DNA of 64,000 nucleotides from Candidatus Latescibacterota bacterium (GTDB taxonomy: Bacteria; Latescibacterota; CBDEFO01). Positions 30,080 through 40,442 of this stretch are shown here, one piece after another. The notes under the pieces are model-generated. The model worked only from the letters and a program-made list of their open reading frames with translations, was not told where the DNA came from and did not search any database. A program made the translations under genes and the position numbers. Position 1 is the first letter of the stretch. Every line of letters starts with the position of its first letter. The DNA is taken from positions 1,728,001 to 1,792,000 of the forward strand of contig CBDEFO010000008.1 in NCBI GenBank assembly GCA_965237525.1. Direction: 5' to 3'.

Positions 30080-30968
30080 CGTTACCTCCCTTTATATTGT
30101 CTTGCCGTATCTTTTCTGCTTTTCCCTTCATTTTTCCCACCAGGTCTCGGGACACTCCGAAGCTCCCCATCGGCGGAGCGCCATCCTTGGCGTGAAAGTC
30201 GGATCCCGCTGTTTCCAATAGATCGTGTTTGCAGGCGATCTTTCTATATCTTTGAACCTGCCTCTGGTCGTGCTTGGGATGCGCTACCTCGATGCCATCT
30301 ATACCAAAGGATATAATTTCCTCCACAGTACCATCGGAAAGGGCGATCCCAGGATGAGCTAAGACTGCCAATCCTCCTGCAGAATGTATAAGGTTGATAG
30401 CATCTTTCGGAGAGATCCTGAACTTATCCGCGTAAGCTGTTCCGTTGTAGCCTATGTAGCTATCGAACGCTTCCTGAGTAGTCCTGACAAATCCCCCTTC
30501 GACCATGACTTCTGCGATGTGAGGTCTGCCCACAGAGCCACATCCCGACTTTTTGAGGACCTCTTCTATAGTAATGCCGACGCCCAAGCTATTCAATATC
30601 TCCACCATCTTTTCTGCTCTTCTTACTCGTGCATCTCTAAATTTACCGATGTAGCTCACGAGTCCCTCATTTTTGTAGTCGATAAGATAGGCTAAGATAT
30701 GGATGTCCCTGCTGCTGTACTCTGAGCTTAGCTCCAATCCTGGGACTATCTGGACGTCGGATTGCTCTCCCAATCTTAACGCTTCATCGATCCCGTCCAC
30801 GCTGTCGTGATCGACAATGCTTATAGCCCTTAAGCTCGCTTTCACGGCAGTTTGGACTAGTTCATCTACACTGCAGTTACCGTCCGAATATGTCGAGTGG
30901 ACGTGCAGATCCGCCCATATAGATACATCTGCCACATATCGCCCCTTCCCATCAGGACTTTTCAGCAA
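30072..30968 (-). CDS. PHP-domain metallophosphoesterase (TrpH/YciV-like)
   Basis: DLHVHSTYSDG, DHD, HILAY, GRPH, LAHP, GSDFH motifs. Confidence 0.9.
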   Translation of the reverse strand: MLKSPDGKGRYVADVSIWADLHVHSTYSDGNCSVDELVQTAVKASLRAISIVDHDSVDGIDEALRLGEQSDVQIVPGLELSSEYSSRDIHILAYLIDYKNEGLVSYIGKFRDARVRRAEKMVEILNSLGVGITIEEVLKKSGCGSVGRPHIAEVMVEGGFVRTTQEAFDSYIGYNGTAYADKFRISPKDAINLIHSAGGLAVLAHPGIALSDGTVEEIISFGIDGIEVAHPKHDQRQVQRYRKIACKHDLLETAGSDFHAKDGAPPMGSFGVSRDLVGKMKGKAEKIRQDNIKGGNDD

Positions 30969-30979
30969 AGATTATTGTG

Positions 30980-32041
30980 CTAATATTGTATACACTCAGA
31001 ATCTACAACGTTCGGGTAGCTGTACTCCTTCCCTTCGTAGTTTCTCAGTATTATCTCATCCCCGTTGGATTCCACTACGTAATTGGGAAGAATCGGAATC
31101 TTGCCGCCACCTCCGGGGGCGTCTATTACGTAATGGGGTATGGCCATCCCGGAGGTGAAGCCCTGCAGGGACCTCATGATCTCCAGGCCTTTCTCCACGG
31201 ATGTTCTGAAGTGCTCTGTCCCTGTGACGAGGTCCGCCTGATAAAGATAATACGGTTTGACTCTAATTGCAAGGAGCTTTTGCATGAGCTCCTTCATAAT
31301 CTGGGGGTCGTCGTTTACGCCCTTTAGGAGCACTGCCTGATTCCCCAGAGGGATTCCTGCATCCGCTAACATCTCACATGCCTTTGTAGCCTCTGCTGTT
31401 ACCTCATCGGGATGGTTAAAGTGCGTGTTGATGTAGAGCGGGTGGTATTTTTTCAATACCTTGCACAGATCGGGGGTTATGCGCTGAGGGAGGGCGCAGG
31501 GGACCTTGGAGCCTATCCTTAAGATCTCCAGATGAGGTATGCTCCTTAAAGACCTCAGGATGTAATCGAGCCTGTCGTCAGAGAGCATCAGTGGATCGCC
31601 GCCCGAAAGGATCACGTCTCTTATCTCAGAATGATTTCGTATATATTCGATTCCCTGGTTTACGTGTTCCTTCGAGAAGAACTCGGGCTGGCCGACCTTT
31701 CTTTTTCTTGTGCAGAATCTGCAATATATGGGACACTGATAGTTTACGTAGAAAAGCACCCTGTCCGGATATCTATGAGTCAGGTTCGGAACGGGACTGT
31801 CCTTCTCTTCACCTAATGGATCATCTACTCCTATGGGATCTAAAGTCTCCTCGATTACAGGGACAGTCTGTTTCCAGAACGCATCTCCCTTCTCCTTTAT
31901 CAGATCGAGCCAGTACTTATTTATCCTTATCGGGAACTCTTGGCTGACTATTTCTGCGGCCTGTTTGTCTACATCGAAATGCCTATCCAATTGCTCGGCG
32001 GTGTGGACGCCTTCCTTCATCAGGAGTTTCCATTCTTCCAT
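30980..32041 (-). CDS. kamA: KamA-family radical SAM protein (lysine 2,3-aminomutase-like)
   Basis: THRYPDRVL, CPIYCRFCTR, LSGGDPL, HFNHP, APGGGGK (PLP lysine). Confidence 0.88.
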   Translation of the reverse strand: MEEWKLLMKEGVHTAEQLDRHFDVDKQAAEIVSQEFPIRINKYWLDLIKEKGDAFWKQTVPVIEETLDPIGVDDPLGEEKDSPVPNLTHRYPDRVLFYVNYQCPIYCRFCTRKRKVGQPEFFSKEHVNQGIEYIRNHSEIRDVILSGGDPLMLSDDRLDYILRSLRSIPHLEILRIGSKVPCALPQRITPDLCKVLKKYHPLYINTHFNHPDEVTAEATKACEMLADAGIPLGNQAVLLKGVNDDPQIMKELMQKLLAIRVKPYYLYQADLVTGTEHFRTSVEKGLEIMRSLQGFTSGMAIPHYVIDAPGGGGKIPILPNYVVESNGDEIILRNYEGKEYSYPNVVDSECIQY

Positions 32042-32096
32042 ATCTTATATATCCTCAATTCCTTTTTTGGTTAACCTACAATTTACCTTTGAACGC

Positions 32097-32666
32097 TTAA
32101 TTCGGTCTGTTGAGAAGGTCCAAAAACTCCTCCCTTACAGGCTTATCCAGAAAGCATCCCCTTATAGCTGAAGTGGTCGTCAGTGCTTCCGGTTTTTCCA
32201 CCCCTCTCATCTCCATGCAAAGATGCCTTGCCTCTACCACCACCATAGCCCCCAGAGGAGAGAGTTTCTCCTCCAGGAATGTTATTATCTGCTCAGTCAT
32301 CCTCTCTTGAACCTGTGGTCTCCTGGCGTAAAACTCCACTATCCTTGCCATCTTGCTTATTCCCAGGATGTGATCTGTTGGGATATAAGCCACGTGGGCC
32401 TTTCCGAAAAAAGGAACCAGATGGTGAGCGCACATAGAATAAAACGTGATGTCTTTCACCATCACCATGTTGCTGTAGCCTTCATCGTTGGGAAAGCAGG
32501 TTATCTTCGGCTCGTTCCCGTTATCCAGTCCCCTGAACATCTCCAGATACATCTTTGCTACTCTTGTGTGAGTATCTTTAAGATTTGGATCCGATGTATC
32601 CAATCCTAATGTCTTGATGACCTCTCTTATGTGAAAACTTATCTTTTCAACCGTTTCTCTTTCCAT
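32097..32666 (-). CDS. folE: GTP cyclohydrolase I
   Basis: SMCAHHLVPFFG, GISK.AR, RPQVQER, HLCMEMRG motifs; GGAGGG RBS before ATG 32666. Confidence 0.95.
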   Translation of the reverse strand: MERETVEKISFHIREVIKTLGLDTSDPNLKDTHTRVAKMYLEMFRGLDNGNEPKITCFPNDEGYSNMVMVKDITFYSMCAHHLVPFFGKAHVAYIPTDHILGISKMARIVEFYARRPQVQERMTEQIITFLEEKLSPLGAMVVVEARHLCMEMRGVEKPEALTTTSAIRGCFLDKPVREEFLDLLNRPN

Positions 32667-32713
32667 TTGTTTCCCTCCCCGTTTACGGATATTCACCATT
32701 GTGCAAACAGAAA

Positions 32714-32994
32714 ATGCCGGTCTACTTTAGAAAAGAGAAAGAGCCGGCATCTGACTTCTTCACAGGACTGTAAAGTGCGTTGACTCGAACCGAATAACCT
32801 TTATTGCCTGAGCGACATCTTGGAGTGTAGAAAGCCTAGGGAGTCTTTCTGCCTTGAAGCTTCCTACTTGAGGTAAGCATTTGACCCGCATCCACTAGTT
32901 AAGTTCGCCTTAGTATCTACAGTGAACGACTGCCAGCAGACAGGGCCTTTGTTAGTTCTCACGCCAGAATAAAGGAGACCGGCTGCTCTTTTCC
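32714..32994. ncRNA. Candidate structured RNA (6S-like rod or cis-regulatory leader) between iscA and folE
   Basis: About 320 nt without an ORF, containing nested complementary segments and a terminator-like hairpin on the minus strand (see findings). Family not identified. Confidence 0.4.
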
Positions 32995-33019
32995 GATTCT
33001 GTCTCTGTCCGTGAGGTTC

Positions 33020-33343
33020 TTACGCGCTGAAGGATTCTCCGCAGCCGCAGGTTGACTTGGCATTAGAATTTTCTATCTCGAAGCCTGCCCCCATCAATCC
33101 ATCTGTATAATCCAGCTGTGAACCAGCAAGATATAACGAACTCTTCATGTCCACAAAGACCTTGACACCTTTGCAATCTATTACCCTGTCGGACTCTTTG
33201 GGAGCTTCATCAAACCCAAGGCTATACTGAAATCCCGAGCATCCTCCTCCCACTACCATCATCCTTAAACCGTACTCGGGTTGCCCGTGCTCCTCACGCA
33301 TCGTTTTGATCTTCTCATCTACCGTATTTGTGCCCGTTATCAT
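33020..33343 (-). CDS. iscA: Iron-sulfur cluster assembly accessory protein IscA/ErpA (HesB family)
   Basis: GGGCSGFQY and CGCGESFS motifs. Confidence 0.9.
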   Translation of the reverse strand: MITGTNTVDEKIKTMREEHGQPEYGLRMMVVGGGCSGFQYSLGFDEAPKESDRVIDCKGVKVFVDMKSSLYLAGSQLDYTDGLMGAGFEIENSNAKSTCGCGESFSA

Positions 33344-33380
33344 TTTCCAAGCCTCCTGTTCTACTCAGAATCGCCGAACT

Positions 33381-33632
33381 TCAAAGGTCAAAATCCTGCT
33401 GTTCCACGATTAGTTCCTCAAGTTCGGGAACTTGATTTTTTATATATCTTTCAACACCCGACTGCATCGTCATCTGAAGACCGGGGGATTGTAAGAAACC
33501 TTCAAATCTTACTTTGGCTGAATTGCCAATGATTTCAATCAGTTCGATCTCTACACAGTCGTCTTTCAACGCGGGTCTGATTTGGTTTAGGACCTCTTCT
33601 ATCTTCTCTTTGATGCCAACATCCCCAGACAT
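33381..33632 (-). CDS. NifU-C/NfuA-like domain protein lacking the CxxC motif
   Basis: IEEVLNQIRPALKDD...IEL...MTMQSGVERYIKNQVPE matches the NifU C-terminal domain; sits between iscS and iscA. Confidence 0.75.
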   Translation of the reverse strand: MSGDVGIKEKIEEVLNQIRPALKDDCVEIELIEIIGNSAKVRFEGFLQSPGLQMTMQSGVERYIKNQVPELEELIVEQQDFDL

Positions 33633-33648
33633 ATTCTTCCTCTGCCTT

Positions 33649-34875
33649 TCAGACTTCTACAAATCCTGATGGGTCGTCTACCTTATTTAATTCTATCCCC
33701 TGAACTTTCATCCTGTACAGAGGGGACATCTCCCTCAATTTGTGGACATTCTCTATCACCGATTCTGTCACGAAATCCACCTCTTCCTCGGTGTTGTACC
33801 TGCCGAGTCCGAACCTGATGGACGTGTAGGCTAACGCTGGGTCTATCCCCATCGCTGTCAGCACGTAGGACGGCTCCGGATCCTTCGATGTGCACGCTGA
33901 TCCAGAGGATATAGCTATGTCCTTCAGGCTTAAAAGCAACGACTCTCCTTCTATGAACTCAAAGCTCAAGTTCAAATTACCGGGGAGCCTCTCCCTTGGA
34001 TGTCCGTTCAGGTACACATATTCCACACCTTCGGTGATCCCTCTGTAAAGCTTATCTCTGAGGTACGTCAGTCTCGTTGCCTCCTCTTCCATCTCCTGTC
34101 CGCATACGTTGCAAGCTGCGCCGAGACCGACTATGCCAGACACGTTTAGTGTTCCGCTCCTGAGATTCTTCTCGTGTCCTCCGCCGTCAATTAGGGGTTT
34201 CAGTCTGATCCTCGGTCGCCGCTTTCTGATATACAGAGCCCCCACACCTTTGGGACCGTATATCTTATGCCCGGATATGGACATCATATCGAGGCACAAT
34301 TCGTCCACGCTGCAGGGTATCTTACCCACAGCCTGAACGGCGTCACAGTGAAACAGGATGCCCCTCTCCTGGGCGATTCTGCCTATCTCGGGGACAGGAT
34401 GCTTCGTGCCTATCTCGCTGTTGATATACATGATAGTGATAAGGATCGTGTCGTTCTTTATCGCTTGGGACACGTCGTCGGGATCGACCATTCCGTACTT
34501 ATCTACCGGCAAATATGTCACTTCGAATCCGTCTTTTTCCAAAGCCTTGCACGTATCCAGCACGGCTTTATGCTCGGTCTTACAGGTTACGATGTGATTT
34601 CCCTTATGGCTGTAGCTGTAGGCAACCCCCTTTATCGCCATATTGTCTGATTCGGTCGCTCCGCTTGTAAAGATTATGTCCTCCGGAAAAGCCCCGATCA
34701 GGTTTGCCACCTCTTCTCTTGAGTTTTGGACAGAGGCCTCAGCTATCTGCCCGAAGATATGACTACTGCTGGCAGCGTTCCCGAAGCTGTCCATAAAATA
34801 GGGCATCATAACGTCCAGCACCCTCCGGTCTACAGGGGTTGTAGCGTTGTGATCCATGTATATAGGTTTTTTCAA
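33649..34875 (-). CDS. iscS: Cysteine desulfurase
   Basis: PIYMDHNATTP, FTSGATE, EHKAV, HKIYGPKG, RSGT, SSGSACTS motifs; probable TTG start after AAAGGAG. Confidence 0.95.
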   Translation of the reverse strand: MKKPIYMDHNATTPVDRRVLDVMMPYFMDSFGNAASSSHIFGQIAEASVQNSREEVANLIGAFPEDIIFTSGATESDNMAIKGVAYSYSHKGNHIVTCKTEHKAVLDTCKALEKDGFEVTYLPVDKYGMVDPDDVSQAIKNDTILITIMYINSEIGTKHPVPEIGRIAQERGILFHCDAVQAVGKIPCSVDELCLDMMSISGHKIYGPKGVGALYIRKRRPRIRLKPLIDGGGHEKNLRSGTLNVSGIVGLGAACNVCGQEMEEEATRLTYLRDKLYRGITEGVEYVYLNGHPRERLPGNLNLSFEFIEGESLLLSLKDIAISSGSACTSKDPEPSYVLTAMGIDPALAYTSIRFGLGRYNTEEEVDFVTESVIENVHKLREMSPLYRMKVQGIELNKVDDPSGFVEV

Positions 34876-35329
34876 CGTAGAGACTCCTTTGCAATCCCTG
34901 TACGCCGAGATACTTACGAATTTGACGCCCGTAAAGTTGTATATAGAATATAGGAGACTTTGACGTAAACGGCAAGTTCTTTTTTCAGTGCTCTCCAAGG
35001 GAAGTTTATACACTTTCTGGGAACAACGGCCTCGATTGAGGGTTGCGCTTTTCTACGTGTACCTCGAACGTCTTGCTCACATCGTCCGATAGGCTTGGTA
35101 TGGCAGGGCGCCGCGAGTTAACAGACTCGAAGACGTGATATTTGTTTTTCAGCTTAGAAGTTACATAAGAAATAGCCAGCTTTTGACAAAAAGGCAATAG
35201 TTTAATCGTATCCAGACTGGACGTAGTTACATTCTTACACGTCCGGTGTAGGTCAACGAGTAGATACGTACGCACAGCTCTATTAGGGCAACAGCTTTGG
35301 GCCTAACCCGATTACTCTTTGCGCATCTA

Positions 35330-35560
35330 CTATACCTTCATTCTTCCTGGACCACGTGGAATGCCCAGGCCATACTTGTAGAGAAGTGTTTTCCGGTCGT
35401 GTTTCGCCCGCCAAGGCGTCGTCCCGCGTATGAGCAGCTCTGTGAAGAACAACGCGTCGCCCGCTTTCACAGCCGGTTGGACAAGATAGTGTGGAATCCC
35501 CTCGAATATCCTTATGTCCATATGAAAAGTGGCCTGGATGTGATCATCAGGCTCAAGAAA
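35330..35560 (-). pseudogene. C-terminal remnant of a phytanoyl-CoA dioxygenase (PhyH) family gene
   Basis: HYLVQPAVKAGDALFFTELLIRGTTPWRAKHDRKTLLYKY resembles the PhyH C-terminus with the His ligand replaced by Arg; the 5' part is absent. Confidence 0.55.
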
Positions 35561-35565
35561 TGTGA

Positions 35566-36276
35566 CTATATAGCTAATTCTGCCAGACCATCGCGCATCC
35601 GAACAATGCGCTCTGCCTGGCCGGCGATATAGCTTTCGTGGGTCACCAAGATGATGGTATTTCCCTGATCTTTAAGGATCTTGAAGAGCTGTATGATCTC
35701 CTCTCCGGTCTTGGTATCCAGATTTCCTGTGGGCTCGTCTGCAAGGATAATAGAGGGGTTGTTCACCAATGCTCGGGCGATGGCCACACGCTGTCTTTCT
35801 CCCCCCGAAAGCTCGTTAGGCTGATGCTGTAGGCGATCTTTAAGACCTACTTTCTCCAGGGCTTCTTGAGCGCGGCGCTTGCGCTCATCTTTGAGGGTAC
35901 CATCGTAGACCAGCGGCAATTCCACATTGCGCAGGGCCGTAGCTCGGGGAAGAAGGTTGAACGTTTGAAAGACAAACCCTATCTTGCGATTCCGTACATA
36001 GGCAAGCTGGTCGTCGTCCAGATCGCTGACTTTTTCTCCCTCTAAACGGTACACGCCCAAGGTAGGTGTGTCAAGACAGCCTATAATATTCATCAAGGTG
36101 GACTTGCCGGAACCCGACGGCCCCATAATGGCCACATACTCATTGGCATTGATCTGGACGTTGATGCCTCGCAAGGCATGGACCTCCTGCGTCCCCAACT
36201 GGTAAATCTTCACGATATCTTGTAGATCGATCAGCATCTGGGAGGATGCTTCTTCTTCCATTTTCCTATCTTTCAA
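35566..36276 (-). CDS. MacB/LolD-type ABC transporter ATP-binding protein
   Basis: [33 protein letters not shown] motifs. Confidence 0.95.
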   Translation of the reverse strand: MKDRKMEEEASSQMLIDLQDIVKIYQLGTQEVHALRGINVQINANEYVAIMGPSGSGKSTLMNIIGCLDTPTLGVYRLEGEKVSDLDDDQLAYVRNRKIGFVFQTFNLLPRATALRNVELPLVYDGTLKDERKRRAQEALEKVGLKDRLQHQPNELSGGERQRVAIARALVNNPSIILADEPTGNLDTKTGEEIIQLFKILKDQGNTIILVTHESYIAGQAERIVRMRDGLAELAI

Positions 36277-36378
36277 AATTACTGTAGGATCAGACCCACC
36301 TGTCCGACTTGAAAATATGCATAGACTTCCAGGACAAGGGGTGGCTGGGGATATGTGCTGTATCTACCAGATGGTAAT

Positions 36379-37911
36379 TCATCTAACTCTTTCCACGAGA
36401 CTTCGATCCCTCTCAAAGTCGTACAGGGTCTGGCGCTTCAGATCGGCCACGGCAAGTTGATACTGGATGTAAGCGCCAAGGTAGGCCGAGCGAGCTTGGG
36501 TAAGGCGGTCACGGTCGGAAGCTAAATCTTGGCTGGTGATGTCACCGTTGTCGAAGCGGGCAAGGCTAATCTCATAGCTCCGTTGGGCCACTTCTTCGTT
36601 CTTTTCCAGGACATCGAGACGGTTGCGCGAGGACCTGAGTTGCGTGATTGCACTTCGTATCTGCTGCTTTACCCTACGCTGATTCTCCTGTACATTCAAC
36701 TGGCTCTGTTTGAGCGTCGCCCGCGCTGCTGCTACTTCAGCTCGGTTTACCCCGGAGTCCCAGAGTGGAACGGTAACGTTGAACTGGACGCCCCGATTGC
36801 GAGGCCGGCGACGCAGGTCATCTAAGCTCGATTCAAAGAGGTCGGCGATGCTAGTGTCGAAAGACAGAGACGGGTCACTGATCCCGCTGAGCTCGTAAGA
36901 TGCGCTGATTTCTGCTTTGATCGCGGTTTGTGCATCAGTTTCGCGAAGTGTAATCTCAGCCAGCCGCCGGTTGATTTCCCTCTCACGGATTTCGGCTCGA
37001 TGGGAGAGGCCGTGCTCGATGGCCTTGGCCTCATCCACTTCGAACAGGTTCAGCGCAAAATCGGTTTCCACTGTTACTTCCTCCTCGAGCGGCAGTCCCA
37101 CCTTCATCTTGAACTGATCCGCTTTCGTCGACAAAGTGCCCTCGGCATCCAGCAACTCGTTCCGGCTCTGTGCCAGATCGACCTCCGTCCGCAAGGCCTC
37201 CACCTCTGCAATTAAGCCAGCCTGGAACTTCTTTCGGGCTAATTCGTAGGACTCCTTCTGCTGTTTCGCTTCTTCCCAGGCGATCTCCAGGCCCCGTGTG
37301 GCGCGGTATAAATCGTAAAACGCAAATGTGACATCGTAAATTAGATTCAATTGGGTGCGGGTGAACTGCCGCTGTTCCCGCTCGAGCTCCAGATTGGCCT
37401 TCTCCATGCCCAGTTTAAGAGTGTTAGGCTCAAATAGAGGCTGTCGGAATCTAATGCCAAAGGAGGTAAAAAAGCGCTTGGTTCGTTGGGTCTCATCGAG
37501 TTGGTCGATAAAGACAGATTCGCGGGTCTGAAAAAGATCTGAATTCAGGCTAATACTGCCGTTGCTCGGGAGAGGCTGGCTGATTTGCAGCCCACTTTGC
37601 CACCGCAGTGACCCAGTGGTATTATAATTTGGAAGTTCATTGGGTACAAAGACAGGTCGCACCTGTTCATTAAAGTCCGGCGCATTCAGAGTTAAATTAG
37701 CTTTGGTCTTGAAACGCCCTTTGGCGGCTATCATGTTTTGCTCGGCCCGCTTAAGTCGCAATTGGAGCCTGCGGGCCTCGTAGCTCTCCTCTAAGGCCAG
37801 CGCGATGGCATCATCGCGTGTGAGAACAACGGCACCCTGCTGTGCAGACGTTTGAGCTGCAAAGACTGTCCAGAAAAGCAGAAAGACCAGACGGACAATA
37901 AGACCACTCAT
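36379..37911 (-). CDS. TolC-family outer membrane efflux protein
   Basis: Signal peptide, LT..DAI.LAL, repeated OEP helices, VPLWDSG, RFDNG motifs. Confidence 0.88.
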   Translation of the reverse strand: MSGLIVRLVFLLFWTVFAAQTSAQQGAVVLTRDDAIALALEESYEARRLQLRLKRAEQNMIAAKGRFKTKANLTLNAPDFNEQVRPVFVPNELPNYNTTGSLRWQSGLQISQPLPSNGSISLNSDLFQTRESVFIDQLDETQRTKRFFTSFGIRFRQPLFEPNTLKLGMEKANLELEREQRQFTRTQLNLIYDVTFAFYDLYRATRGLEIAWEEAKQQKESYELARKKFQAGLIAEVEALRTEVDLAQSRNELLDAEGTLSTKADQFKMKVGLPLEEEVTVETDFALNLFEVDEAKAIEHGLSHRAEIREREINRRLAEITLRETDAQTAIKAEISASYELSGISDPSLSFDTSIADLFESSLDDLRRRPRNRGVQFNVTVPLWDSGVNRAEVAAARATLKQSQLNVQENQRRVKQQIRSAITQLRSSRNRLDVLEKNEEVAQRSYEISLARFDNGDITSQDLASDRDRLTQARSAYLGAYIQYQLAVADLKRQTLYDFERDRSLVERVR

Positions 37912-38003
37912 TGTTATAACTCCTTGATAAGCCTTCGGTTAGATAGTAGATAGGGAAGGGAAGTGGTGCCCCGTCTACTGTCTACTGACTGCTGTCTACT
38001 TGT

Positions 38004-39242
38004 TTACTCATACCGCAGGGCTTCAATCGGGTTGATGTTGGCTGCGCGACGCGCCGGGAAGGTGCCCGAAACGATGCCTACCGCAGCGGCCACGGCAAAG
38101 GCCACGAACACATATAGGGGCAACACGACGGTTTTGAACTCGGCGATGGAGTCGATTATCAAAGACATGCCGATGCCCAGCGTGACTCCGATGATCCCAC
38201 CCACAAGACTCAGCCCCACCGCCTCAATCAGAAACTGAGCCATAATATCCTTTCGTCTGGCGCCAAGGGCGCGGCGAACGCCGATCTCGCGGGTGCGTTC
38301 AAGCACCGTGGCCAACATTATATTCATAATGCCGATGCCGCCGACTAAAAGGGAGATGGCGGCAATTGAGCCGAGCATCATGTTGTAAATACGCCTTTCT
38401 TTTTCCTCCTGCTTCAAGAGTTCATACGGAATCACAATGTCGAAGTCGTCGTTATCGTGATGACGCCTATTCAAAATTCGTCGGATAATCGCTGCACTTT
38501 CAACCAGTTGGCTCGAATCCCGGATCCGTACAGTCAACTGATCGATCTGACTTTCTAAGAGTTCGGATTTGTCGAATCGCCGCAGGAAGGAAGATAGAGG
38601 AATATAGATGTCTTGATTCAGATTGCGCGCCGCCAACTCGCCCACTGTCTCGGTGAACAGCGCCTTGGTGCCCATCGTTCCTATAGCCTCGAACCACTGG
38701 TCTTCCACTTTGACGAGCTTTCCCAGGGGATCTTCTATGGGGAAGAGGGTCTTGGCCACGTCAGCACCCAGCACGCAGGCCCGCTGTTCTTTCGTGTAAT
38801 GGTCGTCGGTCAAGAAAGTACCGCTGTTGGGCTCGTAGTTGAGCAGGTGGTGGAAGGCGGGGGCAACGCCCACAAGGGTCGCTTTGGTGGATTTGTCTTC
38901 GTGCTTGGCTTCTACCTCTAATTCGGCCTGCGGAGCCAGCTTTTCGACAGTTGGGACGATGTCCATAATGGCCTCAGCGTCCTTTAGAGAGAGACCCTGG
39001 GAGAATTTAGCCCGGGTTTCTTCTAATTCCTCTTTGCTTAAGTCTTTGTCTCTGACGATGATATTGTTCACACCCAGGGTTTTGAATTTCTCCAATGCCT
39101 CCCGTTTAGCCCCTTCGCCGATAGCGAGCATAGAGATCACGGCGGCGACGCCGAAGATGACGCCGAGCATCGTCAAGATGGAGCGCAGCTTGTGATCCAT
39201 CAGGCTTTCCAGGCCGATGCGTAGCTGTTCGCGGGTCTGCAT
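38004..39242 (-). CDS. MacB-like ABC permease (FtsX domain)
   Basis: KLRSILTMLGVIFGVAAVI, ISLLVGGIGIMNIML.TV.ERTREIGVRRALGA, PIEALRYE. Confidence 0.93.
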   Translation of the reverse strand: MQTREQLRIGLESLMDHKLRSILTMLGVIFGVAAVISMLAIGEGAKREALEKFKTLGVNNIIVRDKDLSKEELEETRAKFSQGLSLKDAEAIMDIVPTVEKLAPQAELEVEAKHEDKSTKATLVGVAPAFHHLLNYEPNSGTFLTDDHYTKEQRACVLGADVAKTLFPIEDPLGKLVKVEDQWFEAIGTMGTKALFTETVGELAARNLNQDIYIPLSSFLRRFDKSELLESQIDQLTVRIRDSSQLVESAAIIRRILNRRHHDNDDFDIVIPYELLKQEEKERRIYNMMLGSIAAISLLVGGIGIMNIMLATVLERTREIGVRRALGARRKDIMAQFLIEAVGLSLVGGIIGVTLGIGMSLIIDSIAEFKTVVLPLYVFVAFAVAAAVGIVSGTFPARRAANINPIEALRYE

Positions 39243-40442
39243 TTAAACCTCTTTCCGTCGTGGCACGACTGCTACGCGGTCACCGGGATGTAACTTTCCG
39301 TGCACCACCACAGAACTGGTATTGCGCGGGCCAAGCGTTACCGGGATCCGGCGCAACTTGGAGCCGTCTTTGACATAGACAATGGATTCTCCGTCCTCCC
39401 GATGGATGCCGGCGTGGTCTACAAACAGAGCGCCATCTAATTCTGCCAATATAAATTCGCAACTGACGGTCATTCCCGGCCGCAGGATCGGGTCCGACTT
39501 GTCCAACAGCACTTCCACGTCAAAGATCTTGATCTTGCTTTTTCTTTCTTTTCTACGGGTGATTTTGCTGATCTTGGTGACAGTCCCGTCAAAGGCGATT
39601 CGTGGAAAGGCGTCGAGTCGCACAGATGTTTTCTGTCCAACGTGAACCTTGCTGATGTCCGTCTCGTTTACCGAAGTTATGACTTTCATCTGGTTCAGGT
39701 CGGGCAGGCCAATCAAAGGTCGAAACCACCATAATTGGTCGCCAACGGCAATCTTTTTTCCGGTTCTCCGATTCCTGAGATATTCGATCATTCCATCGGA
39801 AGGTGCGCGTACGGTAAATCTTTCAACGGTCCTTTCTGCAGCCTCGATAGCTGAAAGGGTCTGAGTAATCTTCCTTTGCCTAATCTTCAACTCTTCGGCA
39901 TGTATTCTGCTTGTAGACTCGCTCTTCCTCCGGATCTTGTTAGAGGAGATTTCAGCCTTTCGGAGTCCAAGTTCGGCTATCTCCCGCCTGGAGGGCGATT
40001 CGAATCTAATCCGCTCGGTCTCGATCTGAGCCGATCTCAGGGCGGCTTCAGACGAGCGCCGGTCAGCCTCTAACTGTTTTATTTCGGTCTCTTGTCCGGC
40101 CTTCAGTACGGCAAGGTCGGCATAGGCGATCTCCAACTCCGCCTCTTGTTGTACCAATTCCCGGAGAACGCGCGAGGTTCCAATCTGCCCGATGACCTCT
40201 CCTTTGCGAACTTTGGTGCCCTCCTTTGCCAGTTGGGTGATTTCCTGCCTGCGATACCTCCAAGGAAAGAATGGCATAAAAACGGTTACATAATTGACAG
40301 CCTGAAGTTCACCCGTCTCGGCGATGGTAGAGCGAAACTTGCCCCGTTCTACCCTGACAAACCTTTTATCATCCCCGTAGTCGCCGCAGGCGACGAGCAG
40401 GGCAACCGCCACGACGATCACCGATGCACCGATCTTCCTCAC
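39243..40442 (-). CDS. Periplasmic adaptor (MFP/HlyD family), lipoprotein
   Basis: LVAC lipobox, TGELQA, coiled hairpin, VRAPSDG, VNETDI, LRPGMT motifs. Confidence 0.88.
   Translation of the reverse strand: MRKIGASVIVVAVALLVACGDYGDDKRFVRVERGKFRSTIAETGELQAVNYVTVFMPFFPWRYRRQEITQLAKEGTKVRKGEVIGQIGTSRVLRELVQQEAELEIAYADLAVLKAGQETEIKQLEADRRSSEAALRSAQIETERIRFESPSRREIAELGLRKAEISSNKIRRKSESTSRIHAEELKIRQRKITQTLSAIEAAERTVERFTVRAPSDGMIEYLRNRRTGKKIAVGDQLWWFRPLIGLPDLNQMKVITSVNETDISKVHVGQKTSVRLDAFPRIAFDGTVTKISKITRRKERKSKIKIFDVEVLLDKSDPILRPGMTVSCEFILAELDGALFVDHAGIHREDGESIVYVKDGSKLRRIPVTLGPRNTSSVVVHGKLHPGDRVAVVPRRKEV

Noticed and set aside
35006..35310. 89-aa ORF preceded by GTTAGGC (integron cassette-like)
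   Set aside because: No paired attC inverse core or stem, no integrase and no protein motif; probably the iscS promoter region.
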